Positions 37,381-46,985 of a stretch of 64,000 bases of DNA are shown here, piece after piece. The position numbers and the translations under genes are program-made. The notes under the pieces were generated by a model that had not been told where the DNA came from, searched no databases, and was given only the letters and a program-made list of their open reading frames with translations. The DNA is taken from positions 49,679 through 113,678 of the IMG/VR virus record IMGVR_UViG_3300027782_000046; one strand, 5' to 3'. Each line of letters opens with the position of its first letter. The stretch's first letter is position 1. The stretch comes from a virus (lineage: Duplodnaviria > Caudoviricetes).

Positions 37381-38397
37381 TTGTCTTTATTTCTCGATTT
37401 AAAATATCTAAAATTAATCAGTAATAGATTGCCATTGTTCAAACAAAAGAACAATCATGTCTATAACTGTAGGTGCATCCTGTGTGGAGATTCTTCTTCA
37501 AAGAAAACCAAAACACGTGGATATTTCTATGCCATAAAAAACGACTTATTTTATAAGTGTCATAACTGTGATGCATCAATGCACTTTGGTTCATTCCTAA
37601 AGCAACTTGATGCAATGCAGTATAACCAATATACTCTTGAACGATATAATGAAGGCTTGCCATTATCTAAACCTCATCAAAAGATTGAGGATAAGTTTAA
37701 AATGGCACAACCTGTATTTGAACAAAAAAATATTCTAGATGAACTATTAGATCGTCTAGATAAATTACCAGAAGATAATGAGGCAGTTCAATTTTGTTTG
37801 AAAAGAAAGATTCCAAAAGAAACTTTTGACCGTTTATATTTTATTGACGATATCCGAAAAATTGAACAGCTGTCTGATAAGTACAAAAACACGTTAAAAA
37901 CATCTGAACCCAGATTGGTCATTCCTTTCTATGACCAGGATGGTTTATTAGTAGGAGTAACTTGTAGAGCACTCAGAAATGAATCTTTAAGATATGTTAC
38001 TATTAAAATTAATGATGAGAAGCCATTCATCTTTGGACTTGATTTTGTTGATAAAAAGAAAAAGGTTTATGTAGTTGAAGGCCCTATTGATAGTTTGTTT
38101 ATTCCAAATTGTATTGCAGTTGCAGGTACTGCATTTGGTAAGTTGGATAGTATCGGCATACCAAAAGAGAATCTAGTTGTCATCTTTGATAATCAGCCAA
38201 GGAATAAAGAAGTTTGTAAGATCATTGACAAAGCTATCAATAGCAATTATAATACTGTTATATGGCCTCAGACTTTGGAAGAAAAAGATATCAATGATAT
38301 TGTCTTAACGGGTAAAGATCCGTTTAAGATGATTACAAAGAACATATATAATGGTCTAGAAGCAAAAATGAAATTCGTATCATGGAAAAGGTGTTAA
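37381..38397 (+). CDS. 61: T4-like DNA primase (gp61)
   Basis: NCRCILCGDS...RGY...YKCHNC zinc domain; VYVVEGPIDSLF TOPRIM motif; KDIND; TTG start. Confidence 0.92.
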   Translation: MSLFLDLKYLKLISNRLPLFKQKNNHVYNCRCILCGDSSSKKTKTRGYFYAIKNDLFYKCHNCDASMHFGSFLKQLDAMQYNQYTLERYNEGLPLSKPHQKIEDKFKMAQPVFEQKNILDELLDRLDKLPEDNEAVQFCLKRKIPKETFDRLYFIDDIRKIEQLSDKYKNTLKTSEPRLVIPFYDQDGLLVGVTCRALRNESLRYVTIKINDEKPFIFGLDFVDKKKKVYVVEGPIDSLFIPNCIAVAGTAFGKLDSIGIPKENLVVIFDNQPRNKEVCKIIDKAINSNYNTVIWPQTLEEKDINDIVLTGKDPFKMITKNIYNGLEAKMKFVSWKRC

Positions 38398-39069
38398 ATG
38401 AAAGTTAAATTAATCTCAAATTCGAAACCATCTAGAGAAATGGTGACGGATGGAATTTATGAAATTGAGGACTTGGTATCATTTTGTGCAAGGGTATCGA
38501 ATCCATCTAATCAATATAATTTGGAAACTGCGGACAAGCTAATTAAGTATTTAATTAAGCATCAGCATTGGTCTCCGTTAGAAATGGTTAGTGTGTGTTT
38601 AGAGATTACTACAACACGAGACATTGCTCGACAGATTCTACGTCATCGTAGTTTCTCATTCCAAGAATTTAGTCAGCGTTATGCAGACCCAACTAAAGAA
38701 TTGGATTTTGAAGTAAGAGAAGCAAGGATGCAGGATCCAAATAATAGACAAAATTCTATTAAGACTGACGATACTGAATTGAATAAAATGTGGCAAGCCA
38801 AGCAACGAGATCTTATTGCAGAAGCAAGACGAACGTATGTTTGGGCAGTTACTAATGGAATTGCAAAGGAACAAGCTAGAGCAATATTGCCAGAGGGATT
38901 GACAGTAAGCAGACTCTACATGAATGGAACCTTAAGGTCTTGGATCCATTATTGTCAACTAAGATCTTCGAACGGTACTCAGAAAGAACACGCCGAAATT
39001 GCACTAGCATGTGCTCAAGTAATTGCAGAGATTTTTCCGTTGACTAAGGAACTTGTAAATGAACAGTAA
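38398..39069 (+). CDS. thyX: Flavin-dependent thymidylate synthase
   Basis: HWSPLE and RHRSFSFQEFSQRY signature. Confidence 0.95.
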   Translation: MKVKLISNSKPSREMVTDGIYEIEDLVSFCARVSNPSNQYNLETADKLIKYLIKHQHWSPLEMVSVCLEITTTRDIARQILRHRSFSFQEFSQRYADPTKELDFEVREARMQDPNNRQNSIKTDDTELNKMWQAKQRDLIAEARRTYVWAVTNGIAKEQARAILPEGLTVSRLYMNGTLRSWIHYCQLRSSNGTQKEHAEIALACAQVIAEIFPLTKELVNEQ

Positions 39070-39436
39070 TGATGACGTTAAAACATTCATGCTTGCCGGC
39101 GAGCAAAAAGTTTATATTAATCCAGCAATCGAAGATGATAGAACCAATCAAGCAGAATTATATTTAAGATTGGTGACAGAAGAATACAATGAATTGACTG
39201 AAGCATTTCGCAATAATGATCTTGTAGAAATTGCAGACGCTTGTGCAGATTTAAAATGGGTAATTGAAGGACTTGAACATTCATACGGCATACCACAACA
39301 ATCAGTATGGGATGAAGTATCTAGATCAAATATGTCTAAAATGGTTGATGGAAAATTAATAAAAAGAGCAGACGGGAAGGTATTAAAACCCGATACTTTT
39401 GTACAACCAAACATAAAAAAAGCACTGGGGATTTAA
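39059..39436 (+). CDS. MazG-like / PRA-PH nucleoside triphosphate pyrophosphohydrolase
   Basis: EEYNEL...EIADACADL..V...EV.RSNMSK...R.DGKVLKP. Confidence 0.85.
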   Translation: MNSNDDVKTFMLAGEQKVYINPAIEDDRTNQAELYLRLVTEEYNELTEAFRNNDLVEIADACADLKWVIEGLEHSYGIPQQSVWDEVSRSNMSKMVDGKLIKRADGKVLKPDTFVQPNIKKALGI

Positions 39437-40153
39437 ATGTGGCTACTGAATTTTGTACCTGATATCATATTCCACGCTATATTGATAGCAGGAATATTAA
39501 TATTTCTTACTTCATTTGTTCTAAGATTCATTCCATTCTTTAGAACATATGGTGCATTTATCCAATTAGCTTCGGTATTATTGATTACATTAGGTGTATG
39601 GTTTGAAGGTGCCATGAGCGTTCAAGCAGAATGGGAAGCCAAAGTTGTAGCAATGGAACTTAAGGTTGCAGAAGCTCAAGCAAAATCTGAAAAGACAAAT
39701 ACTGAAATTGTTACTCAAGTTGTAGAGAAAACAAAAGTTATACACGAAAAAGGTAAGAGCATTATTAATTACGTTGACAGAGAAGTTGTTAAAGATAAAG
39801 AAGTAATTAAGTTTGTAGAGAATTGTCCTATCCCTAGCGCAATTATAAAAGCACATAATGCTGGTGCATTGAATCAATCTATTGAAATTGTTAAAGCCCC
39901 CGAACCTGCTGCATCTGCAGTACCAGCACAAAAAGTAGAATCCAAACCTCAAGAACCAGCAAAGACAGTTGCAACGGTAACAACTTGGGCAAATATCAGG
40001 CCAACTAAAGATAGTTCAAGCGAAAAAATTGAAAAGCTAGCCCCATATACTAAGATAGAAGTTATTCGTTTAGAAGGTAATTACGCATTTGTTAAGTCAA
40101 ACAAAGAAGGTTGGATAGGCAAAGAATTTATCTCCATAGAGAAAAAAGGATAA
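39437..40153 (+). CDS. Putative inner-membrane spanin (Rz-like) with a C-terminal SH3-like domain
   Basis: N-terminal TM helices, coiled coil and a single Cys; tail ANIRP....EKIEKL.....IEVI......AFV....EGWI; followed by a lipoprotein gene. Confidence 0.6.
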   Translation: MWLLNFVPDIIFHAILIAGILIFLTSFVLRFIPFFRTYGAFIQLASVLLITLGVWFEGAMSVQAEWEAKVVAMELKVAEAQAKSEKTNTEIVTQVVEKTKVIHEKGKSIINYVDREVVKDKEVIKFVENCPIPSAIIKAHNAGALNQSIEIVKAPEPAASAVPAQKVESKPQEPAKTVATVTTWANIRPTKDSSSEKIEKLAPYTKIEVIRLEGNYAFVKSNKEGWIGKEFISIEKKG

Positions 40154-40156
40154 GTA

Positions 40157-40423
40157 ATGAAATATCTAATAATTTGTTTAACAATGTTCCTTGTCGGATG
40201 TGCTACAACTGTTCCAGTAGTTGCAAAATTTCCTACAGCGCCCGAAGTATTAAAAGAAAAATGCTCGGCATTAAAAACAATTGAAGGTGATACTATTAGT
40301 ATTATTGAATATACAAAAACAGTAATAGCAAACTATACATTGCATTATGAATGTGTGGCGAAAAATGATGCTTGGATCGAATGGTATACCAAGCAAAAGT
40401 CTATATTTGAAGAAGTAAAATAA
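40157..40423 (+). CDS. Putative outer-membrane spanin lipoprotein (Rz1-like)
   Basis: Signal peptide with LVGC lipobox; FP..P..L...C..L and NY..H..C pattern. Confidence 0.7.
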   Translation: MKYLIICLTMFLVGCATTVPVVAKFPTAPEVLKEKCSALKTIEGDTISIIEYTKTVIANYTLHYECVAKNDAWIEWYTKQKSIFEEVK

Positions 40424-40442
40424 CAACGGAGTAAGTAAAAAT

Positions 40443-42254
40443 ATGTCGCAAGAAATTGTACATGGTATTAAGGTAGATTATTCAAGAGATAATTTATTTG
40501 ATGAATTAGGAATTAAACGATTAAAAGAAAGTTACATGAAAGATGACGAACAATCTCCCCAAGAAAGGTTTGCATTTGTATCGTCGTCGTTTGGTTCTAA
40601 CGATGCACACCGTCAAAGATTATATGATTACGCTTCTAAGCATTGGTTGTCTTATTCCACTCCCATTCTTTCTTTTGGTCGTAGTAAGCGTGGGCTCCCT
40701 ATTTCATGTTTTCTACCATATCTTGATGATTCTGCCGAGGGCTTGGTCAACACATTATCAGAAGTAAATTGGCTCAGTATGTTGGGCGGAGGAGTTGGTC
40801 TTGGTATTGGCATTCGGTCTTCTGATGATAAATCTGTTGGGGTCATGCCTCATCTTCGCACTTACGATGCATCCAGTCTCGCGTATAGGCAAGGGCGGAC
40901 TCGCCGCGGTAGTTATGCTGCATACCTTAACATTTCTCATCCTGATATTCTAATGTTCTTGGATATGCGAAAGCCAACAGGCGATCCAAATATGCGAGCA
41001 TTGAATCTACATCATGGCATTAATATTACTGACGATTTTATGCACATAATTGAGAAGTGCATGATAGATCCTACTGCCAATGATGATTGGGAATTAAAAG
41101 ATCCACATGATGGTGTTGTTCGCGAAGTTGTATCTGCAAAAGAATTATGGCAACGTGTTCTTGAAATGCGTATGCAGACAGGCGAACCATATCTACATTT
41201 TATTGATACCAGTAATCGTATGATGCCAGAGTTTCAAAAGAAACTTGGATTGAGTATCAGACAAAGCAATTTATGCTCTGAAATTATCTTGCCAACAGAT
41301 AAAGAACGAACTGCGGTGTGTTGCTTATCATCTTTAAACTTGGAGTACTATGATGATTGGAAAGATGAACCTCAGTTCCTTCGGGATGTTGCTGAAATGC
41401 TCGATAATGTTCTACAGTATTTTATTGATAACGCGCCAACTGCCATCGCCAGGGCCATTTATTCTGCTAGCCGTGAGCGCTCTATTGGTATTGGTGCCTT
41501 AGGTTGGCACGCATTTCTACAAAAGAATAATTTGCCATGGGAATCTGCTATGGCAGTAGGCGCCAATCACAAAATCTTTAAGCATATTCGTGAGGGATTA
41601 GACATTGCAAACCTCGAGCTCGGAAAAGAAAGAGGTGAGGCTCCTGATGCTGCAGGTACAGGTCGTCGGTTTTCTCATATGTTAGCGGTTGCACCCAATG
41701 CCTCATCCTCCATTATTATGGGTAATACTAGTCCATCCATTGAGCCTCTTCGGGCAAATGCTTATAGACAAGATACTTTATCGGGCTCATCATTGGCCAA
41801 AAATAAATGGTTAGATAGAATTATACAAAAGCATCTTGCAAGTGATGGAGAGACCGTATCACAAAATGATTACAATGATATTTGGTCTTCAATCATTGCA
41901 AATGATGGTTCGTGTCAACACTTAACTTGGATGGATGATTGGACTAAAGATGTATTTAAGACATCTATGGAAATTGACCAACGATGGGTTGTGCAGCATG
42001 CGTCAGATCGTCAACAATATATTGACCAAGCACAATCAGTTAATCTGTTCTTTAGACCTGATAGCAATGTGATGTATATTCATGCTGTTCACTTCCAAGC
42101 ATGGAAACAAGGATTGAAAACACTTTACTATTGCCGCTCTGAAAAGATTGGTAAAGCGGATAAAGTATCTAAGAGAATTGAAAGAAAAGTGATGGAAGAA
42201 TTAGATATGAAAACTCTAGCTTCTGAAGAAGTCTGTTTAGCGTGTGAGGGATAA
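40443..42254 (+). CDS. nrdA: Class I ribonucleotide reductase alpha subunit
   Basis: ISCF, QSNLCSEI, AVCCLSS, APNASSS, KTLYYCR and C-terminal CLACEG; short N-terminus with no apparent ATP cone. Confidence 0.95.
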   Translation: MSQEIVHGIKVDYSRDNLFDELGIKRLKESYMKDDEQSPQERFAFVSSSFGSNDAHRQRLYDYASKHWLSYSTPILSFGRSKRGLPISCFLPYLDDSAEGLVNTLSEVNWLSMLGGGVGLGIGIRSSDDKSVGVMPHLRTYDASSLAYRQGRTRRGSYAAYLNISHPDILMFLDMRKPTGDPNMRALNLHHGINITDDFMHIIEKCMIDPTANDDWELKDPHDGVVREVVSAKELWQRVLEMRMQTGEPYLHFIDTSNRMMPEFQKKLGLSIRQSNLCSEIILPTDKERTAVCCLSSLNLEYYDDWKDEPQFLRDVAEMLDNVLQYFIDNAPTAIARAIYSASRERSIGIGALGWHAFLQKNNLPWESAMAVGANHKIFKHIREGLDIANLELGKERGEAPDAAGTGRRFSHMLAVAPNASSSIIMGNTSPSIEPLRANAYRQDTLSGSSLAKNKWLDRIIQKHLASDGETVSQNDYNDIWSSIIANDGSCQHLTWMDDWTKDVFKTSMEIDQRWVVQHASDRQQYIDQAQSVNLFFRPDSNVMYIHAVHFQAWKQGLKTLYYCRSEKIGKADKVSKRIERKVMEELDMKTLASEEVCLACEG

Positions 42255-42255
42255 T

Positions 42256-42504
42256 ATGAAGATTTATAGATTTACAGCATCATGGTGCCAGCCATGTAAA
42301 GCAATGGCAAAAATATTGGAAGGTGCAAACACGGATAATGTTCCAATTGAAGTAGTTGATATTGATGTTCATCCAGAACTTGCAGCAACATACCGAGTAC
42401 GTAGTGTACCTACATTGATAATGGTAGATGAAGATGGAAAATCATTAAAGATGATGGTCGGAGTAAAATCAGAATCAATTATAAAGGAGTGGTTAAATGA
42501 TTAA
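42256..42504 (+). CDS. Thioredoxin
   Basis: FTASWCQPC and VRSVPTL; located between nrdA and nrdB. Confidence 0.9.
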   Translation: MKIYRFTASWCQPCKAMAKILEGANTDNVPIEVVDIDVHPELAATYRVRSVPTLIMVDEDGKSLKMMVGVKSESIIKEWLND

Positions 42505-43483
42505 GAAAGCTTCTAGTAGATTGACTGACGAAAGACAATCATTTAAACCTTTTAATTATCCATGGGCATATGATGCTTGGTTAAAGCATGAGCAATCTCA
42601 CTGGCTTCATACAGAAGTACCTATGTTAGAAGATGTTAAGGATTGGAAGAACAAACTAACAGATTCCGAGAAACATTTCCTAACTAATATTTTCCGTTTC
42701 TTTACTCAAGGTGACATTGACGTTGCGGGCGGCTATGTAAATAATTACTTGCCATACTTCCCACAGCCTGAAGTAAGAATGATGCTATTGGGATTTGCTG
42801 CAAGAGAGGCATTGCACATTGCTGCATATTCGCATCTTATTGAATCACTTGGTATGCCTGAAAGCACATACAATGAGTTTATGGAATATCAGGAAATGAA
42901 GGACAAGCATGAGTATGTTATGGACATATCTCAGAAAAATTCAACAAAAGAAAATACAGCAACGCACATTGCCGTATTCTCAGCATTCACCGAAGGTATG
43001 CAATTGTTTAGTTCTTTCATTATGTTATTGAACTTCCCTCGTAACGGGAACATGAAAGGTATGGGACAAATTGTTACTTGGTCTATTGTAGATGAAACAA
43101 TGCACGCCGAGAACATGATCAAGTTGTTTAGAACATACATCGAAGAGAATAAAGAAATTTGGAACGATGATCTTAAAGGAAAGATTTATTCCATTGCAGA
43201 GAAGATGGTTGAGCTAGAAGATAAGTTTATTGACCTAGCATTTAGTATGGGTGAGATGAAAAATCTTACATCTGAAGAAGTTAAAAAGTATATTCGTTAT
43301 ATTGCTGATCGTAGATTAATTTCATTGGGTCTAAAAGGCATCTTTAAAGTTAAACGTAATCCATTGCCGTGGGTGGAAACCATTATTAATGCTCCTACTC
43401 ATACTAATTTCTTTGAGCAACGTGTTACTGATTATGCTAAAGGCGCATTGTCTGGTTCATGGGAAGAGGTCTGGGCAAAATGA
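42497..43483 (+). CDS. nrdB: Ribonucleotide reductase beta subunit
   Basis: FFTQGD, EALHIAAYSH, EGMQLFSSF, DETMH, NFFE. Confidence 0.95.
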   Translation: MIKKASSRLTDERQSFKPFNYPWAYDAWLKHEQSHWLHTEVPMLEDVKDWKNKLTDSEKHFLTNIFRFFTQGDIDVAGGYVNNYLPYFPQPEVRMMLLGFAAREALHIAAYSHLIESLGMPESTYNEFMEYQEMKDKHEYVMDISQKNSTKENTATHIAVFSAFTEGMQLFSSFIMLLNFPRNGNMKGMGQIVTWSIVDETMHAENMIKLFRTYIEENKEIWNDDLKGKIYSIAEKMVELEDKFIDLAFSMGEMKNLTSEEVKKYIRYIADRRLISLGLKGIFKVKRNPLPWVETIINAPTHTNFFEQRVTDYAKGALSGSWEEVWAK

Positions 43484-43656
43484 GCAATGAAAAGGTGATT
43501 TCTTTTGTAGATAAAAGACGAGCGATTTGTGATGAATGTGAGTTTAAAGAAAAGATTATTGGCGCAGACATTTGTTCAAAATGTGGATGTGCTATATGGG
43601 GTAAGGTGAGATTGAGCGGACAAAAATGTCCAGAAGGAAAATGGCATGCCGAATAA
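43480..43656 (+). CDS. Small Cys-rich metal-binding protein
   Basis: C..C...C..CGC...CP..KW; ATGA overlap with nrdB. Confidence 0.6.
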   Translation: MSNEKVISFVDKRRAICDECEFKEKIIGADICSKCGCAIWGKVRLSGQKCPEGKWHAE

Positions 43657-44113
43657 ATTTGATGATGCACATATGAAGGTTGCAGAGACCTATGCTAAGT
43701 TATCTTCTGCAGGTAGATTGAAGGTTGGAGCAATTATTGTTAAAGATGATAGAATCATTAGCATTGGGTACAATGGTACACCGGCTGGTTGGGATAATGC
43801 GTGTGAGGATATAACTTCAGAAGATTCTTCGTATATAATTGATCCTGGCGGTCCGGAATATCCAATGCGCCTAATTGGTACAAAGACAAAACCAGAAGTT
43901 ATCCATGCTGAAATGAATGCTATTGGTAAACTTGCTAAGTCTGCAGAGTCTGGTAACCAGGCAACAATGTACATTACCCATGCGCCATGTTTTGAATGTG
44001 CTAAGCTTATACATATTGCTGGTATAAAGAAAGTATTTTATCGCGAGCAATATAGAAGCACCGAAGGTTTAGAATTTTTAGATAAGTGTAATATTGATGT
44101 GGAGAAGATATGA
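43646..44113 (+). CDS. dCMP deaminase
   Basis: VGAIIV, GYNG, HAEMNA, PCFEC. Confidence 0.92.
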   Translation: MPNKFDDAHMKVAETYAKLSSAGRLKVGAIIVKDDRIISIGYNGTPAGWDNACEDITSEDSSYIIDPGGPEYPMRLIGTKTKPEVIHAEMNAIGKLAKSAESGNQATMYITHAPCFECAKLIHIAGIKKVFYREQYRSTEGLEFLDKCNIDVEKI

Positions 44114-44610
44114 AAACAGAAAATTTAAGAATTGGTTTTGTTGCATCAACTTTTGATTTGTTCCACGCAGGGCATGTCATTATGCTTGAAGAAGCAAAGA
44201 GACAATGCGATTATTTAATTGCAGCAATACAACTTGATCCTACATTGGATCGTCCAACAAAGAATAAACCGGTACAATCTATTATTGAAAGACAGATTCA
44301 AGTTTCATCATGCAAACACGTTGATGAGATTATTGTTTATTCTACAGAAAAAGAACTTGAAGATATTCTAATGTCATTGCCAATAGACGTTAGAATATTG
44401 GGAGAGGAATATAAAGACAAAGAGTTTACCGGCAAAGACATTTGCATTAAACGTAAAATAGATCTATACTATAATAAAAGAGATCACTTCTTTAGCTCGT
44501 CTGACCTTCGTCTAAGAGTTTACGAAGCAGAATCAAAGAAACGAGGAGAACCCGAGGCATGCCAAAAAGCAAACACGAATGCGTCGAATGTGACGCAATC
44601 TTCACGATAA
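44110..44610 (+). CDS. Cytidylyltransferase (TagD/RfaE-C-like)
   Basis: STFDLFHAGH (HxGH motif), ER......KHVDEI, GEEY, SSS.LR. Confidence 0.85.
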   Translation: MKTENLRIGFVASTFDLFHAGHVIMLEEAKRQCDYLIAAIQLDPTLDRPTKNKPVQSIIERQIQVSSCKHVDEIIVYSTEKELEDILMSLPIDVRILGEEYKDKEFTGKDICIKRKIDLYYNKRDHFFSSSDLRLRVYEAESKKRGEPEACQKANTNASNVTQSSR

Positions 44611-44714
44611 GCCATCAACTAGATGAGACTTATTATGAGGTAACAAACTGTCCTTTCTGCGGTGCAGAAATAGAACATGATGACCAGGACGATGACGACG
44701 AAGAATTGTCCTAA
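44559..44714 (+). CDS. 51-aa zinc-ribbon protein with an acidic tail (absent from the ORF track)
   Basis: GAGGAG RBS; MPKSKHECVECDAIF...CPFCGAEIEHDDQDDDDEELS*. Confidence 0.7.
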   Translation: MPKSKHECVECDAIFTISHQLDETYYEVTNCPFCGAEIEHDDQDDDDEELS

Positions 44715-45030
44715 ATGTGGTATCGAACATAAAAAGCCTGGGAAATTCTGTTCCCGGGCTTGTGCCAATTCTAGAGAATGGAAAGATGAGCATAAGCAAT
44801 TATTCTCTGAACGGCAAGCAGCCTATATGGCAAGAGAAGAATCTGAAGAACACAGAGCAAAGAAATCTATTCAAACCAAAATGCTTGTTAAAGCTGGTAT
44901 TATGGGAACAGGAGAAGCGACGGAAGATCCTGAAGATGTGATGACAAACCCAGATGATTATTTCTTTGTTCCTCCAAGGGATGAGGGTGATAGTTTTTCT
45001 GATGGAAATGACTATTGGGAGACCGTATAA
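44677..45030 (+). CDS. Zinc-binding hypothetical protein
   Basis: CPKCG.EH.K.GKFCSRACANSR. Confidence 0.65.
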   Translation: MMTRTMTTKNCPKCGIEHKKPGKFCSRACANSREWKDEHKQLFSERQAAYMAREESEEHRAKKSIQTKMLVKAGIMGTGEATEDPEDVMTNPDDYFFVPPRDEGDSFSDGNDYWETV

Positions 45031-45033
45031 ATA
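45026..45033 (+). promoter_or_regulatory. T4-type late promoter TATAAATA
   Basis: Exact consensus 21 nt before the ATG at 45055. Confidence 0.55.
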
Positions 45034-45054
45034 CTAATTTAAATTGGTATTTAA

Positions 45055-45456
45055 ATGTGGTTATATAAGAACAAAGAATTAGAAGTAATTCCAGATGATG
45101 CATATGGGTATGTTTATCTGATTACTAACACTATCACTAATCGTAGGTATATAGGTAAAAAACTATTTTGGTTTAGAAAAACTAAAGTAGTTAAAGGTAA
45201 AAAGAAAAGATTAAAGGTAGAATCAGATTGGAGAGATTATTGGTCTTCATCTGATGAGTTAAAAGCTGATGTATTAAAGCACGGCGAAGATAATTTTGTT
45301 AGAGAAATATTGCATATATGTCCAAATAAAGGATTATGCAATTACCTTGAAGCTAGGGAGCAGATGGATAGGAGAGTATTGGAATCGGAAGATTATTATA
45401 ACGGTCAGATACAATGCAGAATTCATCGTACTCATATTAAAAACTTAAAAAGTTAA
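45055..45456 (+). CDS. GIY-YIG family nuclease-like protein
   Basis: GYVYLITN......YIGKK...Y.SS...FVREIL...E. Confidence 0.8.
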   Translation: MWLYKNKELEVIPDDAYGYVYLITNTITNRRYIGKKLFWFRKTKVVKGKKKRLKVESDWRDYWSSSDELKADVLKHGEDNFVREILHICPNKGLCNYLEAREQMDRRVLESEDYYNGQIQCRIHRTHIKNLKS

Positions 45457-45466
45457 AGGGGACAAA

Positions 45467-45583
45467 ATGTTAGATACCTTATTTTGGATAGGAATTGGCG
45501 CATTCGTTGGTTGGAATTTTCCTCAACCTTTTTGGGCAAAGGCAATTCAAGCAAAGATGCAAGAAACGTTTAGCAAAAAATGA
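45467..45583 (+). CDS. 38-aa membrane peptide (absent from the ORF track)
   Basis: GGGG RBS; MLDTLFWIGIGAFVGWNFPQPFWAK...; ATGA overlap with the next gene. Confidence 0.55.
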   Translation: MLDTLFWIGIGAFVGWNFPQPFWAKAIQAKMQETFSKK

Positions 45584-46230
45584 AACCGACAATTGCTATT
45601 TTTGTAAAACATCCAGAATGCTCATTGGATTCTGCGAATGGTATAAGAATAGCATTGTCTTCAGAATATAATGTTAGAACATTTTCAGTAGGCGATATTA
45701 AACCTAGTTTGTTTAAGGGTTTGGATGTTATTGCTTTTCCTGGTGGTATAGGAGATGCAGACAAATATTATAATTTTATTGGTCGCAAAGCCGGTAATAT
45801 GATTGAAGATTTTATTGACGATGGCGGACATTATCTTGGCATTTGTATGGGTGCTTATTGGGCAGGCCATCATTACTTGGATATACTAGACGGAGTAAAA
45901 TGCGAACAGTATATAAAAAGAAAAACCAGCGATATAAAACGCAGTTACAGTACAATTGCAACTGTGAATTGGAAAGGGCAATCAGAAGATATGTTCTTTT
46001 ATGATGGGTGCGCATTAATTGGTGACGAGAGAAAATTTAAAACTATTGCTCGATATTGTAATGGTGATCCAATGGCAATAATTCAAAATAGAATAGGTAT
46101 CATAGGTTGCCATCCTGAGAGCACTAAACACTGGTACGAAAAACCCTACGAATACATTAATAAATATTGGCACAAGGGATCTCATCACGATCTATTATTA
46201 GATTTTACTAATACACTAATACAAAAATGA
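45580..46230 (+). CDS. Class I glutamine amidotransferase-like protein (BPL_N-like)
   Basis: AFPGG, YLGICMGAY nucleophile elbow, HPE. Confidence 0.75.
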   Translation: MKPTIAIFVKHPECSLDSANGIRIALSSEYNVRTFSVGDIKPSLFKGLDVIAFPGGIGDADKYYNFIGRKAGNMIEDFIDDGGHYLGICMGAYWAGHHYLDILDGVKCEQYIKRKTSDIKRSYSTIATVNWKGQSEDMFFYDGCALIGDERKFKTIARYCNGDPMAIIQNRIGIIGCHPESTKHWYEKPYEYINKYWHKGSHHDLLLDFTNTLIQK

Positions 46231-46985
46231 TAATTAACGGCGGAATAGTTTTAACTCAAGGTATGTTGCTCGCGCCAGGGCCTTTGCCTGCAAGTATAAG
46301 TGCGCCATTAGTATTTGATTTGGATGCTGCTAATTTTTCTGCAGCACCGATCACTGGTTCAAAAGATGCTACAGGAACTTATACACTAACAGTGAATAAT
46401 TCAAGTTCTACAATTGGTTGGAGTAGCAGCAATGGAGGTATGTTTACCAAAAGCGCTAGCACAGCAACAGATAATATTGTAGTAGGCCCCAATACTACCA
46501 ATGCAAATTATTCCGTATTCATGGCATATCAACCACAAAACATTTCTAGTGGCGGGCAAGGACGAATATTATCTACAAACTCTGGACAAGATTGGTTACT
46601 AGGAACTTATGCGCCTGCTCCGGGAAGCGGAACAGTTTATATGAATGTATACTATCCAGGCAGTGAGGTTTGGTTATCGCACGATCCTGCAGATGCAAAC
46701 TGGCATTTTATCTGGGCAACATATAATTATACTACCGGTGTTGCAAATCTTTATATTGCATCATCTACAGTTAATAATACAATAGGGCCAACTGCAGTAT
46801 ATAAAACAACAACTTTTTCTGCCAGTAGTAATAGAGGATTTAATCAGTTTCTACTATGGTGCAGACCGGGGCCAAGCGAACCGGGTCAAGCAAATATTGG
46901 TTTTATTAAATCATATAGCGGGCCATTAACACTTACAGATATACAAAATCTGTGGTCTCAATATCATAATAGATTTGGAATTTAA
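46227..46985 (+). CDS. ConA/LamG-like lectin-fold virion-type protein
   Basis: LVFDLDAAN...WHFIWATY...Y...LT..DI.NLW....RFGI. Confidence 0.6.
   Translation: MIINGGIVLTQGMLLAPGPLPASISAPLVFDLDAANFSAAPITGSKDATGTYTLTVNNSSSTIGWSSSNGGMFTKSASTATDNIVVGPNTTNANYSVFMAYQPQNISSGGQGRILSTNSGQDWLLGTYAPAPGSGTVYMNVYYPGSEVWLSHDPADANWHFIWATYNYTTGVANLYIASSTVNNTIGPTAVYKTTTFSASSNRGFNQFLLWCRPGPSEPGQANIGFIKSYSGPLTLTDIQNLWSQYHNRFGI

Noticed and set aside
40443-43483. Introns or inteins in nrdA/nrdB, which are common in T4-like phages
   Set aside because: Both ORFs are continuous and of ordinary length, with all motifs in order.
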